From a virus, in IMG/VR virus record IMGVR_UViG_3300032288_005778, positions 18,389 to 82,388 of that record: a stretch of DNA of 64,000 nucleotides; one strand, written 5' to 3'. The notes beneath the pieces were generated by a model. It was not told the origin of the DNA. It saw nothing but the letters and a program-made list of their open reading frames with translations, and did no database searches. Of this stretch, positions 16,660 through 25,469 are shown piece after piece (the first letter of the stretch is position 1; every line of letters starts with the position of its first letter). A program made the translations under genes and the position numbers.

Positions 16660-17340
16660 ATGACAAAAGCCACTCAAGGTCAAGCACAAAGCATTTTTTA
16701 TCCTACCAACACTCATATATTTGTTGGTAATTCACTGATGGTTGCATTGACAGTTTTGTTGGTATACCTAATATATTTATGCCATAGTAAAATCATTCCA
16801 TCGTTGCAATTATTGAATAATAAAGCTTTTAGAAAAAATAATAACAGGCCACAATTATCCCCAGATCAGGAATCAAAGATCAAAGGATACATGAGAGAGA
16901 TGTTAGCAATCACAAGCTTCAATCGTGTGTCACTTTATTTTTTAGATTCACCCTATTTGTGCAATGGTTCTGTACAAGCGGAATCTTACACTTTGTGGAT
17001 AGAAGCATCTCAAACTATTCCCATGCGAAAAGATACTAAATTATCTTTTGCTTATATCAGTGAAGAACTTAACCGTGCAATAGAAGCAAGAGCCAAGTAC
17101 AAATACTACCAATACGCTAAGGACGGATTGGTATGCCAGGTATGGTTGCGCGATCGCAAAACAGCAAGTTATACATTCTATATAATTCATAAGTTTTCAT
17201 TTTTACTATTAGAAAGAACCTCTGTAAGCAACATTTTAACTAATCTTTTAAGACACAAAGAAAAAGATGATTATCTTAATCTTTGTGAATCTATTGAGTC
17301 TATTATTATCCCCAAACTTAATCCTATTGGTAGGCTGTAG
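16660..17340 (+). CDS. Membrane-anchored GAF-like protein (paralog of 3157..3963)
   Basis: One TM segment; 'FNRVSLYFL', 'GLVCQVWLRDRKTASY' align with 'AVRISLFKF', 'GEVCSTWLSSRDTGRY'. Confidence 0.5.
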   Translation: MTKATQGQAQSIFYPTNTHIFVGNSLMVALTVLLVYLIYLCHSKIIPSLQLLNNKAFRKNNNRPQLSPDQESKIKGYMREMLAITSFNRVSLYFLDSPYLCNGSVQAESYTLWIEASQTIPMRKDTKLSFAYISEELNRAIEARAKYKYYQYAKDGLVCQVWLRDRKTASYTFYIIHKFSFLLLERTSVSNILTNLLRHKEKDDYLNLCESIESIIIPKLNPIGRL

Positions 17341-17392
17341 TTATTGTGAATTTATTTTTTAGCAATGTCTGCGGGCTTGTCTTTTGCTTTCA

Positions 17393-17704
17393 TTACACAT
17401 TGCGATCCAAAGACATTACAGAATTAAGGCTAGTAGTCAATGTTGCCTTGATGGATCTATCCAAAGATTTGAGATAAGCATATACCAAAAAGCACGCAGT
17501 GTTAAAGCTTGCTCTTGACTCAATGGAGACTGAATAAACAATTTGTTTATTGATTGTAACCAAGCCACGGTAAACGCCATTTGAACCGCAAACGAGAATA
17601 CAATAGCGTACTGTTTGCAGCATAAAATTAATCTGATTACCCTCAACCTTAAAATTGTCCTGGGTGCAGACAAAGTACCTAGATGCTGTTTCCAACAAGT
17701 CCAT
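17393..17704 (-). CDS. Hypothetical protein
   Basis: Starts 2 nt after the nblA stop. Confidence 0.55.
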   Translation of the reverse strand: MDLLETASRYFVCTQDNFKVEGNQINFMLQTVRYCILVCGSNGVYRGLVTINKQIVYSVSIESRASFNTACFLVYAYLKSLDRSIKATLTTSLNSVMSLDRNV

Positions 17705-17706
17705 AC

Positions 17707-17907
17707 TTATTCCTCTTGCTGAAGTGGCTCATCAAGTCCCCACTGATGGGCTAAAAGTTTTTCGTAGCTTAATCTTTGGATCTCGTGATGCTTAAACAAA
17801 TTAATCAAAACCTGTTGAGTTTGTTCGTGGGACATCTGCTTAACCTGTTGCTCAAATGCAACTATCTTAAATTGTGAAGCAAGTGGTAATTCTTCAAATT
17901 GGCTCAT
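17707..17907 (-). CDS. nblA: Phycobilisome degradation protein NblA (phage auxiliary gene)
   Basis: LPLASQFKIVAFEQQVKQMSHEQTQQVLINLF...YEKLLAHQWGL matches the NblA pattern; start revised to MSQF. Confidence 0.85.
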   Translation of the reverse strand: MSQFEELPLASQFKIVAFEQQVKQMSHEQTQQVLINLFKHHEIQRLSYEKLLAHQWGLDEPLQQEE

Positions 17908-18157
17908 AATAAGATCCCAGAAATACATCTAAAACTTCACCCAACACTTCATCAAAAATTTCCTCTACAGTCGCGCCCTGTTGAAGTTTACGACTCCAAT
18001 GATCAACGACAGAATCTAAGTCCTGTGGCAACCAAAGATCAAGGGACGCGAGCCTTTTTCTTAACAAATCCTTTTGCCAATTAAACCAAAAATTGTCAAT
18101 CATATTTAATTCCCAAACTATTAAACATATTATTGCAAATTTCTGGTAAAATAGCAA
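17894..18157 (-). CDS. Hypothetical protein (true start may be the internal MIDN)
   Basis: Overlaps the nblA start. Confidence 0.45.
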   Translation of the reverse strand: MLFYQKFAIICLIVWELNMIDNFWFNWQKDLLRKRLASLDLWLPQDLDSVVDHWSRKLQQGATVEEIFDEVLGEVLDVFLGSYYEPI

Positions 18158-18180
18158 GCGAATTTTACACAGGTGTCATC

Positions 18181-18726
18181 ATGAAATACGTTAACTACAT
18201 TAATGCAATCTCTAAAGAAATAAGATTTAAACCGCTAAACACAGTTGAAATAAAGATAATTGAATCATTATGTTTGGGCGAAACATACTTGCAGATAGCT
18301 ACAGAGATAAACTACGACCACGGGTATATTGGACAACTAGCCCGCGAGATTTACGGATTGATTGGACAAAAACACAAAGTAAAAATCAAAAGAGATAACT
18401 TTGTGGCTGTATTAGATTCAGTCATGGGAGGGGAATTAGAGGATGATTTCTATGGCTGCCACGGGATTAATCCTAAAAGTATTTTTAACGCCAATGTTCT
18501 TGAATTTAAGCAAAGCGAGATATTAATTAACGTGACTACTTTTTGGAAATTTGATGCTAAAAATGAGTGCTTAGTTTTAAAGACCAAACATCCAATAATC
18601 TTAAAGTTAAGTGACCTAAAAACCAACTCATTCAACACAATTTTAAATGCAACTAGACAAGAACAAATGTCAGGAGATGCGCTACTGGAATTGTTTAAAA
18701 TCTTAGATAATTATTTCAATAAATAA
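18181..18726 (+). CDS. HTH protein resembling the N-terminal HTH of cyanobacterial NACHT/vWA-MoxR-associated proteins
   Basis: LNTVE..II.....GETY.QIA....Y..GYI...AREIY..I......KI.R.NF. Confidence 0.65.
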   Translation: MKYVNYINAISKEIRFKPLNTVEIKIIESLCLGETYLQIATEINYDHGYIGQLAREIYGLIGQKHKVKIKRDNFVAVLDSVMGGELEDDFYGCHGINPKSIFNANVLEFKQSEILINVTTFWKFDAKNECLVLKTKHPIILKLSDLKTNSFNTILNATRQEQMSGDALLELFKILDNYFNK

Positions 18727-18781
18727 CTTATTTATTGGTAAAATGATAATGTTTTAAAAAACCTACATCACGGCATTTACT

Positions 18782-19333
18782 ATGAGGATAAGTGAGCTTC
18801 CAATAGAGACATTACAGATTATTTTGAAAGGGAGAACCTGCGATTTAGTTAATAAACTAAATCTACCAAGACACACAATTGATTACATCAGAAGAACAAT
18901 TAAGAAGGGGATAGCAAGGGTAGATTATTCAAAGCTAGACATAAATGCTACCCCTCAAAAAATAACAAACAAGGTCATTGAGTCTCGACCTTGGAGCAGA
19001 GAATCAGATAATTTTCTGTTAGAAAAATCAGGCTTAAAAGACTTAAACTACATAGCTCGTTTTCTGAGAAGAAGCCTGGAAGACGTAGAGGCGCGGTTGG
19101 AATACTTAATAAAAATAGAGCAGCAAAAGTATCCAATTGAACGGATACTTGCTAATTATCCCAGTCTATTGCCAGGGCAGATTGAACAGGCTCGAAGCAT
19201 ATACAAATACAGCCCGGCAGGCGTAGTGGAATACTGCAAGATAGTGAGTGCCTATAAAAATCATCGGACTGAGTTAAACAAAACTTTTTCCAAGGAAGGC
19301 TGGGAACAATTACGAAAGAAATTACAAAGGTAG
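18782..19333 (+). CDS. Hypothetical DNA-binding protein (Myb/HTH-like)
   Basis: PWSRESDNFL...IARFLRRS..DV..RL. Confidence 0.55.
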   Translation: MRISELPIETLQIILKGRTCDLVNKLNLPRHTIDYIRRTIKKGIARVDYSKLDINATPQKITNKVIESRPWSRESDNFLLEKSGLKDLNYIARFLRRSLEDVEARLEYLIKIEQQKYPIERILANYPSLLPGQIEQARSIYKYSPAGVVEYCKIVSAYKNHRTELNKTFSKEGWEQLRKKLQR

Positions 19334-19558
19334 TGACGAGTCAAAAGCCTTATCCTGACTAGGTTTTAGCGGTAGTGACGGGGAAAGCTGACCTACATCC
19401 CTATATATAGGATCATTTTTCTTCCCTGGGGTGTTAGTGGGGTGAATGGGAATGAGTGGGGATGTGGCTCTAAAAATTCTTTCTTTTACGCAATAGGACT
19501 TTAGTTCTCCTGTCACTATCCTTAAAACCCTTACAGAGAGGGACTTTTGACCCGTCAC
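19333..19558. repeat. About 55-bp imperfect inverted repeats (19333-19387 / 19504-19558)
   Basis: gtgacgagtcaaaag...ggttttagcggtagtgacgg vs reverse complement gtgacgggtcaaaag...ggttttaaggatagtgacag. Confidence 0.7.
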
Positions 19559-19627
19559 AGCTTCTAACATTTGACCTGCCACAGTTGAGTGAAGGATGAC
19601 TCAAAAATATTTTTAAGTAAGTTTAGT

Positions 19628-19714
19628 GTATATATAAATTATTTATTTTCGGTATTGACAGTTGTTTCTTTATGCTTTATTATAGAAATATATAACAACA
19701 AGGAGACAAAAACT
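19628..19714 (+). promoter_or_regulatory. Repeated sigma70-type phage promoter + RBS cassette (copies at ~20174-20260 on + and ~23772-23860 on -)
   Basis: gtaTTGACAgttgtttctttatgctttaTTATAGaaatata...GGAG; near-identical copies. Confidence 0.8.
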
Positions 19715-20131
19715 ATGTTAATTTCAAAAAGTGAAGCATTAAATCTGTATCCCAGTCTAGGAATAGAACTTTCTGATTACGACAAAACAGAATCACAAGT
19801 ATATAGCTTTGCAGGACTAACCTCTCACCAAAAACGCGCTGCTGTGTTAGCAGAAAAGAAAAGTGGATGGCACAGAGTTCATGTAATGGAAGTATGTCCA
19901 GCATCTCGCCCACCCCTGGAATACAATCACACAGTAATGCTAAAGATGTCATTGGAAAAATGGCATCAAAGAGCGCATTACTGGGAAACCGAACACAAAA
20001 AAAGTGTGGAACTCTTGTCCAAAGAATGGTCGGAGGAAATGAATAGCGGTCGGATGGATAGAGTGTTTGAGCCGCTTTGCACTAACTCGCAGGGATTAAT
20101 AATTTCCGCCCACGACAGCGAGCTTTACTAA
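19715..20131 (+). CDS. Hypothetical protein (start revised to MLISKS)
   Basis: AAGGAG RBS and promoter directly upstream. Confidence 0.7.
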   Translation: MLISKSEALNLYPSLGIELSDYDKTESQVYSFAGLTSHQKRAAVLAEKKSGWHRVHVMEVCPASRPPLEYNHTVMLKMSLEKWHQRAHYWETEHKKSVELLSKEWSEEMNSGRMDRVFEPLCTNSQGLIISAHDSELY

Positions 20132-20260
20132 TCGTTAAACGAGTAAATCTTTAAGTGATTTACTCGTTTTTTTGTATATATAAAATTATTTTAATTTCAG
20201 TATTGACAGTTGTTTCTTTATGCTTTATTGTAGAAATATAGAACAACAGGGAGGCAACAA

Positions 20261-20809
20261 ATGACTGCTACCACTTCTTTTAAAATCCGCACTGTCAAGC
20301 ATCAAATTCAAGCCTGCCTGCGGGCTATTAAGAATGGCTTGCGGTCATTTGTAGATAGACTAATTGTTTTGGAGTCCAGATTAGAAGAATTAACAATGAA
20401 GACCCAAGAAACAACACGGCAGCCAGAGTCTACAAATTGCGGAAGTGGAGGCTTTGCTAAGTCACAAAAAACACAACAACCAATGAAAGTTCAGATCAAA
20501 ACCGGATCTGAGCATCACACAACAAATTGGCGCTCTGCTATGGTTCGTGTCAATGGAAAGCCCATTTACGAAGTTTTGAAACCACTTTCTAAACCAGATT
20601 GGGAAATGGTTGGGAATAGGGGCAATCACGGGAAGTGGTGCGTTGCTGAATACGAATTGCCTGTAGGGGCAATAATTGAGTTTGTTGCAAAGGCAAATTC
20701 CCAACAACCAATTGAGTTTAAATTCAAAGTTGGACAAGTTTCTTCAATTGATATTGAAGGATATAAATACGGTGGTGATATATGTGGATGGATTGTCACT
20801 ATTGACTAA
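20261..20809 (+). CDS. Hypothetical protein
   Basis: GGGAGG RBS and promoter copy. Confidence 0.7.
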   Translation: MTATTSFKIRTVKHQIQACLRAIKNGLRSFVDRLIVLESRLEELTMKTQETTRQPESTNCGSGGFAKSQKTQQPMKVQIKTGSEHHTTNWRSAMVRVNGKPIYEVLKPLSKPDWEMVGNRGNHGKWCVAEYELPVGAIIEFVAKANSQQPIEFKFKVGQVSSIDIEGYKYGGDICGWIVTID

Positions 20810-21312
20810 TGAAATACAAAACTTTGATATACAGGGCAGTTCACGCCTACACAAGCTATGCCAGGCTTTCAGCCAAAGAAGCTGACAGGATAGCTTCTCA
20901 AAATTACAATGACATACCAGATGTCATTGTAACAAACTTAGACAATATAGATATTGCTAATGATGTCTATATGGTAGATGCTTATGAGAACCCAGGAAAA
21001 ACCTGGAATCACAGCAAGAAATCCGATTGGTATACTCATGTACCAACCGGAATTAAAGTAAAAAAAGTAGTCAAAAAGTCCCATGACTACGACAAACCCA
21101 ACGGAGAAGGGGTTTGTGAGACGACCCTAACAGTTAAAATCCCATTGCCATCCAGAAGGGGGCAAAACCCCAACTCTCACCACAACAGGGAAAAAACGGG
21201 AAATGTCTCCCGTAGCATCAGATTATCTGTAGAGGATTGGGAACTTTTAGCACTACTGGGAAATGGCAGCCACTCCCAGGGAATCAGGAACATCTTAAAT
21301 TCCCGTAATTAA
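20809..21312 (+). CDS. Hypothetical protein with C-terminal RHH-like motif
   Basis: TAATG coupling; SRSIRLSVEDWELL..LG.G..SQGIR. Confidence 0.65.
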   Translation: MKYKTLIYRAVHAYTSYARLSAKEADRIASQNYNDIPDVIVTNLDNIDIANDVYMVDAYENPGKTWNHSKKSDWYTHVPTGIKVKKVVKKSHDYDKPNGEGVCETTLTVKIPLPSRRGQNPNSHHNREKTGNVSRSIRLSVEDWELLALLGNGSHSQGIRNILNSRN

Positions 21313-21314
21313 TC

Positions 21315-21346
21315 AAAAACCCTGTAATTGACTTACAGGGTTTTAT
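21315..21346. terminator. Intrinsic terminator (bidirectional type)
   Basis: aaaaccctgtaa-ttgac-ttacagggtttt. Confidence 0.75.
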
Positions 21347-21682
21347 TTTGTCACTATTCAATCGTGCCGTTGACAAGTTTTTAACGAGAATGCGTTGTTT
21401 CAGCCGCGCCTCTAGCAGTGTCAATCATGCCAGATGATGATTCTATCGTTATCAATCGTGCCGTTTGTTCCTGGGGATTTTAAGAAGGGCAGCGTGAATC
21501 TATCGCTGTACAAGGGTTTTAGGCAGTGACAAGTGAACGGTACGATTGAATCATGAAATCAAAAGTGCCTGTTTTTGGGGTTTTCGGGTTCTTATTCCCA
21601 TAAAAAACGCAATCGCTCAACGGAAAAGCGATCGCGTTAAAGGTGTTTTCAGAAGGTACTACTATGCTATTGTAGCACAGCC

Positions 21683-22348
21683 TCATGGCTTAAAAATTAA
21701 TGTTGATACTGAATGGTTTTTTCCTAATCTAATATCAAAAACAGCGTCGTAACATTGACGACCACTGTTCATGAGAGGTTTTCCGTTCTTAAACTGCGGA
21801 ACGCCATTAATTATTTTTTGGCACTTACTCATGGGAATACCTTCCTTGAGGTAATCCACTCTATCCGCGATCGGATAGATGTGATGAATATGTGCGTCCA
21901 AAGCATCCCACACTTTTGACTTTTCCTGAGAGCAATTCCAATCCAATGGCATTAGAAACAAGAGACGAGAATTGGGGCTATCATTGAGTAGTCGCAAAGA
22001 TTTTGCAACTGCTTCAACGCACAAAGAAAAAGGTGGGTTGGTGATGATAAGGTCGCATCCCCATATAGAAACATCATTGAAAAAGCAGCCATTAACCCAT
22101 GTAGCAAATGGGGCATTATTTATTCCTTGTAAAAATCGGGAATACTTGATTTCCACACACTCTACCGAGCGATCGCTCGGTAGGTATTTAGCTATTTGTC
22201 CAGAACCAGCAAAGGGTTCTAGTATCAGCCTGTCTGTGGGTAAGACCAGTCTAGACATGGCGACGGCAAGCCAGATAGGTGTTTCGTAGTCATCTTTTGT
22301 GAAGTCATCTGTGGTGACTTGTTCTTCAAAAAGCGCTAGTTGGTTCAC
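21683..22348 (-). CDS. Amino (N6A/N4C) DNA methyltransferase, phage type
   Basis: DDYETP, LEPFAGSG, IITNPPF. Confidence 0.88.
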   Translation of the reverse strand: MNQLALFEEQVTTDDFTKDDYETPIWLAVAMSRLVLPTDRLILEPFAGSGQIAKYLPSDRSVECVEIKYSRFLQGINNAPFATWVNGCFFNDVSIWGCDLIITNPPFSLCVEAVAKSLRLLNDSPNSRLLFLMPLDWNCSQEKSKVWDALDAHIHHIYPIADRVDYLKEGIPMSKCQKIINGVPQFKNGKPLMNSGRQCYDAVFDIRLGKNHSVSTLIFKP

Positions 22349-22356
22349 GTGGTAAG

Positions 22357-22677
22357 CTACTCCTCTATAATTGCTAAAATACGCCGTACCTGATCCGGCG
22401 TGAGTAAATCTAATCTTCTAAATGCAATCTCAAACTTTTTAAGGTTTTCTTTGTGTTTTAAATAGTCATTGAATAATTCTTGCGAATTAAACAGCATGCC
22501 ACTGTATTCCTGGACGACAATAGGAAAGTCCCCCTCTATCTTGACTTTTATCAGGTCATATCCAACACGGACATAAAAGTATGTCCGTCCTATTTTTTCT
22601 ATAATACCTTGAGAAATCTTACCTCTTGTTTTGTTGTAAGAGGTGTCCAAAAAGATCAAACTGTTACCGACTTCCAT
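22357..22677 (-). CDS. Phage hypothetical protein
   Basis: IEKIGRTYFYV motif common in small phage proteins. Confidence 0.6.
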   Translation of the reverse strand: MEVGNSLIFLDTSYNKTRGKISQGIIEKIGRTYFYVRVGYDLIKVKIEGDFPIVVQEYSGMLFNSQELFNDYLKHKENLKKFEIAFRRLDLLTPDQVRRILAIIEE

Positions 22678-22750
22678 GCCTACTTTAAAAAAACTGAATT
22701 TTAAACTTTACAGACTGCATAAACAGTCTGTAATCAAACTTTGATGCAGG

Positions 22751-23152
22751 TTATGCTTGTTTTTCAGAATAATAAATAGCAGCAGCTATTACAATTATTT
22801 TTCCAAAGATTAGTCGTTCAGAGCGCTCTAAATCTTTGGGAATTTTTATTCCCAAAAGCAGGTTAATGCCTGGGCGGTACACACTCCACAAAACCTTTTG
22901 CAGCAAGCTTGTCTTTTCTGCTGACAGCAAATCAAATGTGGTCTCCCAGTCCAAATTTATGTCTTTTAAGCTTTTGTTGAAAAAACTTTCTTGCGGATTT
23001 ACTCTTGCGAGTATAGGCAATATTTTGTTCTCTGCAATACTCAAGACAAAGCTTGATGTTGCTTTGCTTTTGTTGCATTCTTGGAGAATGCAACGGACCG
23101 TTGCCTTGTCTTGTTCTGGTAGTTGGTTATAAATTGCTGTCAACGTTACCAT
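22751..23152 (-). CDS. Hypothetical protein
   Basis: 133-aa ATG ORF bounded by hairpins. Confidence 0.55.
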   Translation of the reverse strand: MVTLTAIYNQLPEQDKATVRCILQECNKSKATSSFVLSIAENKILPILARVNPQESFFNKSLKDINLDWETTFDLLSAEKTSLLQKVLWSVYRPGINLLLGIKIPKDLERSERLIFGKIIVIAAAIYYSEKQA

Positions 23153-23223
23153 ATAAAATACCCTTCATAGGTTTAATACTTTACAAGAGTTACTTGCGGA
23201 TCATGAGAGATCCGCAAGTAAAG

Positions 23224-23451
23224 TTAAAATACATCAACTACGGGATTACCGTAGCCCCAGCGGGCATTCCAGGAAAGCCCTGACCAAGTGGTGATACGGG
23301 TAATTTTCCCGCTCTCTACTGTAATACTTGCCTGCTCTGTGGGAACTTCGCCAAAGTGAAATTCATCATTCTTGGGAAAATCAGCACCCAGTAAAGTGCG
23401 AAGTGCTGAAGCACTCTTCCAATTAGCAATAATAAATTCTTTAACGTCCAT
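23224..23451 (-). CDS. Hypothetical protein (start revised to MDVKEF)
   Basis: AGGAG RBS 7 nt upstream; lies just 3' of hammerhead A. Confidence 0.65.
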   Translation of the reverse strand: MDVKEFIIANWKSASALRTLLGADFPKNDEFHFGEVPTEQASITVESGKITRITTWSGLSWNARWGYGNPVVDVF

Positions 23452-23476
23452 GTCTGTCTCCTGTGGGGTGTAAATT

Positions 23477-23533
23477 TGGCTTCCCACTACTTGGTAGTTT
23501 CGTCCGGTAGCCAGCCGGACTCGTCAGGTGGGG
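23477..23533 (-). ncRNA. Type I hammerhead ribozyme A (pseudoknotted)
   Basis: CCCAC CUGACGA GUCCGG-cuggcua-CCGGAC GAA ACU-acca-AGU A^GUGGG aAGCCA; complete core; predicted cut 23488/23487. Confidence 0.9.
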
Positions 23534-23534
23534 A

Positions 23535-23771
23535 TTAAAAGTGTTTAACACCCCTTCTTCTTCTGACTTTTTCTATGTCACTGTAGAAAAAGTCCTTGGC
23601 ATCAAAACTAACACGATTACTGCGGGCAAAAGCCGCAGCTTTAATCGGACAATTAAAGAAGTGAAAAGAACACTGGTGTTCTTTATTTGCGTCAAGGTAC
23701 TCAACTTGTACTTCCCAAAACTTCTGTTCTGGGGCTTTGCTTAAATAATCTGGTCTTTGTAGAGCTTTCAT
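23535..23771 (-). CDS. Hypothetical protein (78 aa) between the two hammerheads
   Basis: GGGAG RBS and promoter cassette upstream. Confidence 0.7.
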   Translation of the reverse strand: MKALQRPDYLSKAPEQKFWEVQVEYLDANKEHQCSFHFFNCPIKAAAFARSNRVSFDAKDFFYSDIEKVRRRRGVKHF

Positions 23772-23888
23772 GTTGCTTGTCTCCCTGTTCTTTGATATTT
23801 CTATCTTATTCTATAAAGAAACAATTGTCAATACTGAAATTAAAATTATTTTATTTGACAAGTGTTTTTATTATAGTGGGTGTAAATT

Positions 23889-23952
23889 TGGCTTCCCACT
23901 ACTACCAGGGCGGTAGTTTCGTCCGGTAGCCAGCCGGACTCATCAGGCGGGG
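23889..23952 (-). ncRNA. Type I hammerhead ribozyme B (pseudoknotted)
   Basis: CCCGC CUGAUGA GUCCGG-cuggcua-CCGGAC GAA ACUACC-gcccu-GGUAGU A^GUGGG aAGCCA; predicted cut 23900/23899. Confidence 0.92.
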
Positions 23953-25197
23953 TTAAGCGGCTTGCAACCACTTTTCAAAAGATTTAATAGGGCGGTTGGC
24001 AGTCTCCTGAGTCTTTTTATAAGCCTCATAAGCTTCTTCTATCGCTCGTTTTTCGGCGAATTTTTTACTCGCTTCTTCTTGAAAGAAGCTTATCCGTGCC
24101 ATGACAGCATCTCTATCAAAACCGATGGACACTGAAGTCCTGACTCTATTGGATAAACCGTGTGTCCGGTCGTCAAGGTGTTCCCACACCGTGCCGTCCC
24201 TTTCGCTCCAGTTGAATGAAACGACCATATCATCGCCAACCCAAAAGCGGTTTAAAAATTTGTTATAAACCTCTTTCCGAAACCATTCTGGTTCAGGTAT
24301 AGCCAACTTGGCAGCTTCTTCAGATGCTATTTTTGCCAGTCTATCTTGCTCCCAACGAGCGCGGATAGACTCTATCTTGAACACCAACTCAGCAAATGTA
24401 ATCTTCTCACGTTTACAATATTCGTACACATACCCTTGCATCAATGCAAGGATTTGTTCTTCAGTGTTAATTTGAAGAAGATTAAGCTTTTCGCTGCACC
24501 ACAGAGTACGCCCATCTGCATGGGCGTACTCCCAGACGGTATAGTAGGTTTTATCTGAGTAGATGTCCCCTGAAAAACTTAGGGACTGATTGTAAGTTGA
24601 TTTAGTTCTTTCCTTTCCCGTGGGAACAAAGGTTTCCCCCCAGTATTTTCTGGGGAGGTCATGGCAGTAGATGTCTACTGCTGACTCCAAAGATTTTTGG
24701 TTAAACATAGCGCACGGTGCAGCGCTATGATGATATTTATGCCAGTCGTTCAAGCAGGTCAACGCTGACCGAACTTCTTTCAATAGAGGATCAATTTTTT
24801 GCTTTTCCTGGACTTTATCCCAGGAAACACATTCGTGTAACCTATCAGAATCGCTATCAATATCGCCATAGATAGCGACTTCTAAGTCGTACCAATCCAA
24901 ATCTTCTGGATTTAGGCTGGTGGTAATAACAGCCTTTAGTCCAGAGGTGTTTAGCACTCCATTTAATTCATCTGCTAATTTTTTTTGAATTTCAGGGTGA
25001 AGTTCACTTACATTTATTTTAAACATTATTTTTGTCTCCTGTTTTTGCTGTACCTGTTTTGTCTGTTCCTGTTGCTCAATCTGAGCATCAATACTGATTA
25101 ACTCATCTACCCAGCGGTAGATGTTTTGTTGTCCCCTCCCGACGCGGGAGATCAAGTTTACTAGCACCTGTCTTCTGTTTACCAAGTCCATGTCCAT
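23953..25197 (-). CDS. Hypothetical protein (414 aa)
   Basis: GGGAGG RBS, TTGACA promoter; possible internal start at QETKIM. Confidence 0.75.
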   Translation of the reverse strand: MDMDLVNRRQVLVNLISRVGRGQQNIYRWVDELISIDAQIEQQEQTKQVQQKQETKIMFKINVSELHPEIQKKLADELNGVLNTSGLKAVITTSLNPEDLDWYDLEVAIYGDIDSDSDRLHECVSWDKVQEKQKIDPLLKEVRSALTCLNDWHKYHHSAAPCAMFNQKSLESAVDIYCHDLPRKYWGETFVPTGKERTKSTYNQSLSFSGDIYSDKTYYTVWEYAHADGRTLWCSEKLNLLQINTEEQILALMQGYVYEYCKREKITFAELVFKIESIRARWEQDRLAKIASEEAAKLAIPEPEWFRKEVYNKFLNRFWVGDDMVVSFNWSERDGTVWEHLDDRTHGLSNRVRTSVSIGFDRDAVMARISFFQEEASKKFAEKRAIEEAYEAYKKTQETANRPIKSFEKWLQAA

Positions 25198-25254
25198 AAC
25201 CCTCCCGCGTCGTCTGTTTCTATATTTCCATTATGTATGGATAGAATTATTTTG

Positions 25255-25461
25255 TCAAGTCTTTTCTGAAACTTTTTTTTCGCTTTCCAGAAAAGCAGCC
25301 ATACCCCTTGCTACATCTGGGTTTCGGACGAGTCTCTCAATTAGCTCACCAAAGGCTATACATAAATGATCAGCGTAGCACTGATATACACATTTAGCTG
25401 TTGGAGTAAGCCTAAGCGTAAGTTTTGCCTTGTTTTTAGCGTAGTCTGATTGTCGTGCCAT
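25255..25461 (-). CDS. RHH-like small regulator (paralog of 33004..33225)
   Basis: KLTLRLTPTAK...ELIERLVRNPDVARGMAAF. Confidence 0.65.
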   Translation of the reverse strand: MARQSDYAKNKAKLTLRLTPTAKCVYQCYADHLCIAFGELIERLVRNPDVARGMAAFLESEKKVSEKT

Positions 25462-25469
25462 AGTCTTCC

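Noticed and set aside
19322-19582. 86-aa minus-strand ORF
   Set aside because: Coincides with the inverted-repeat element; no clear RBS
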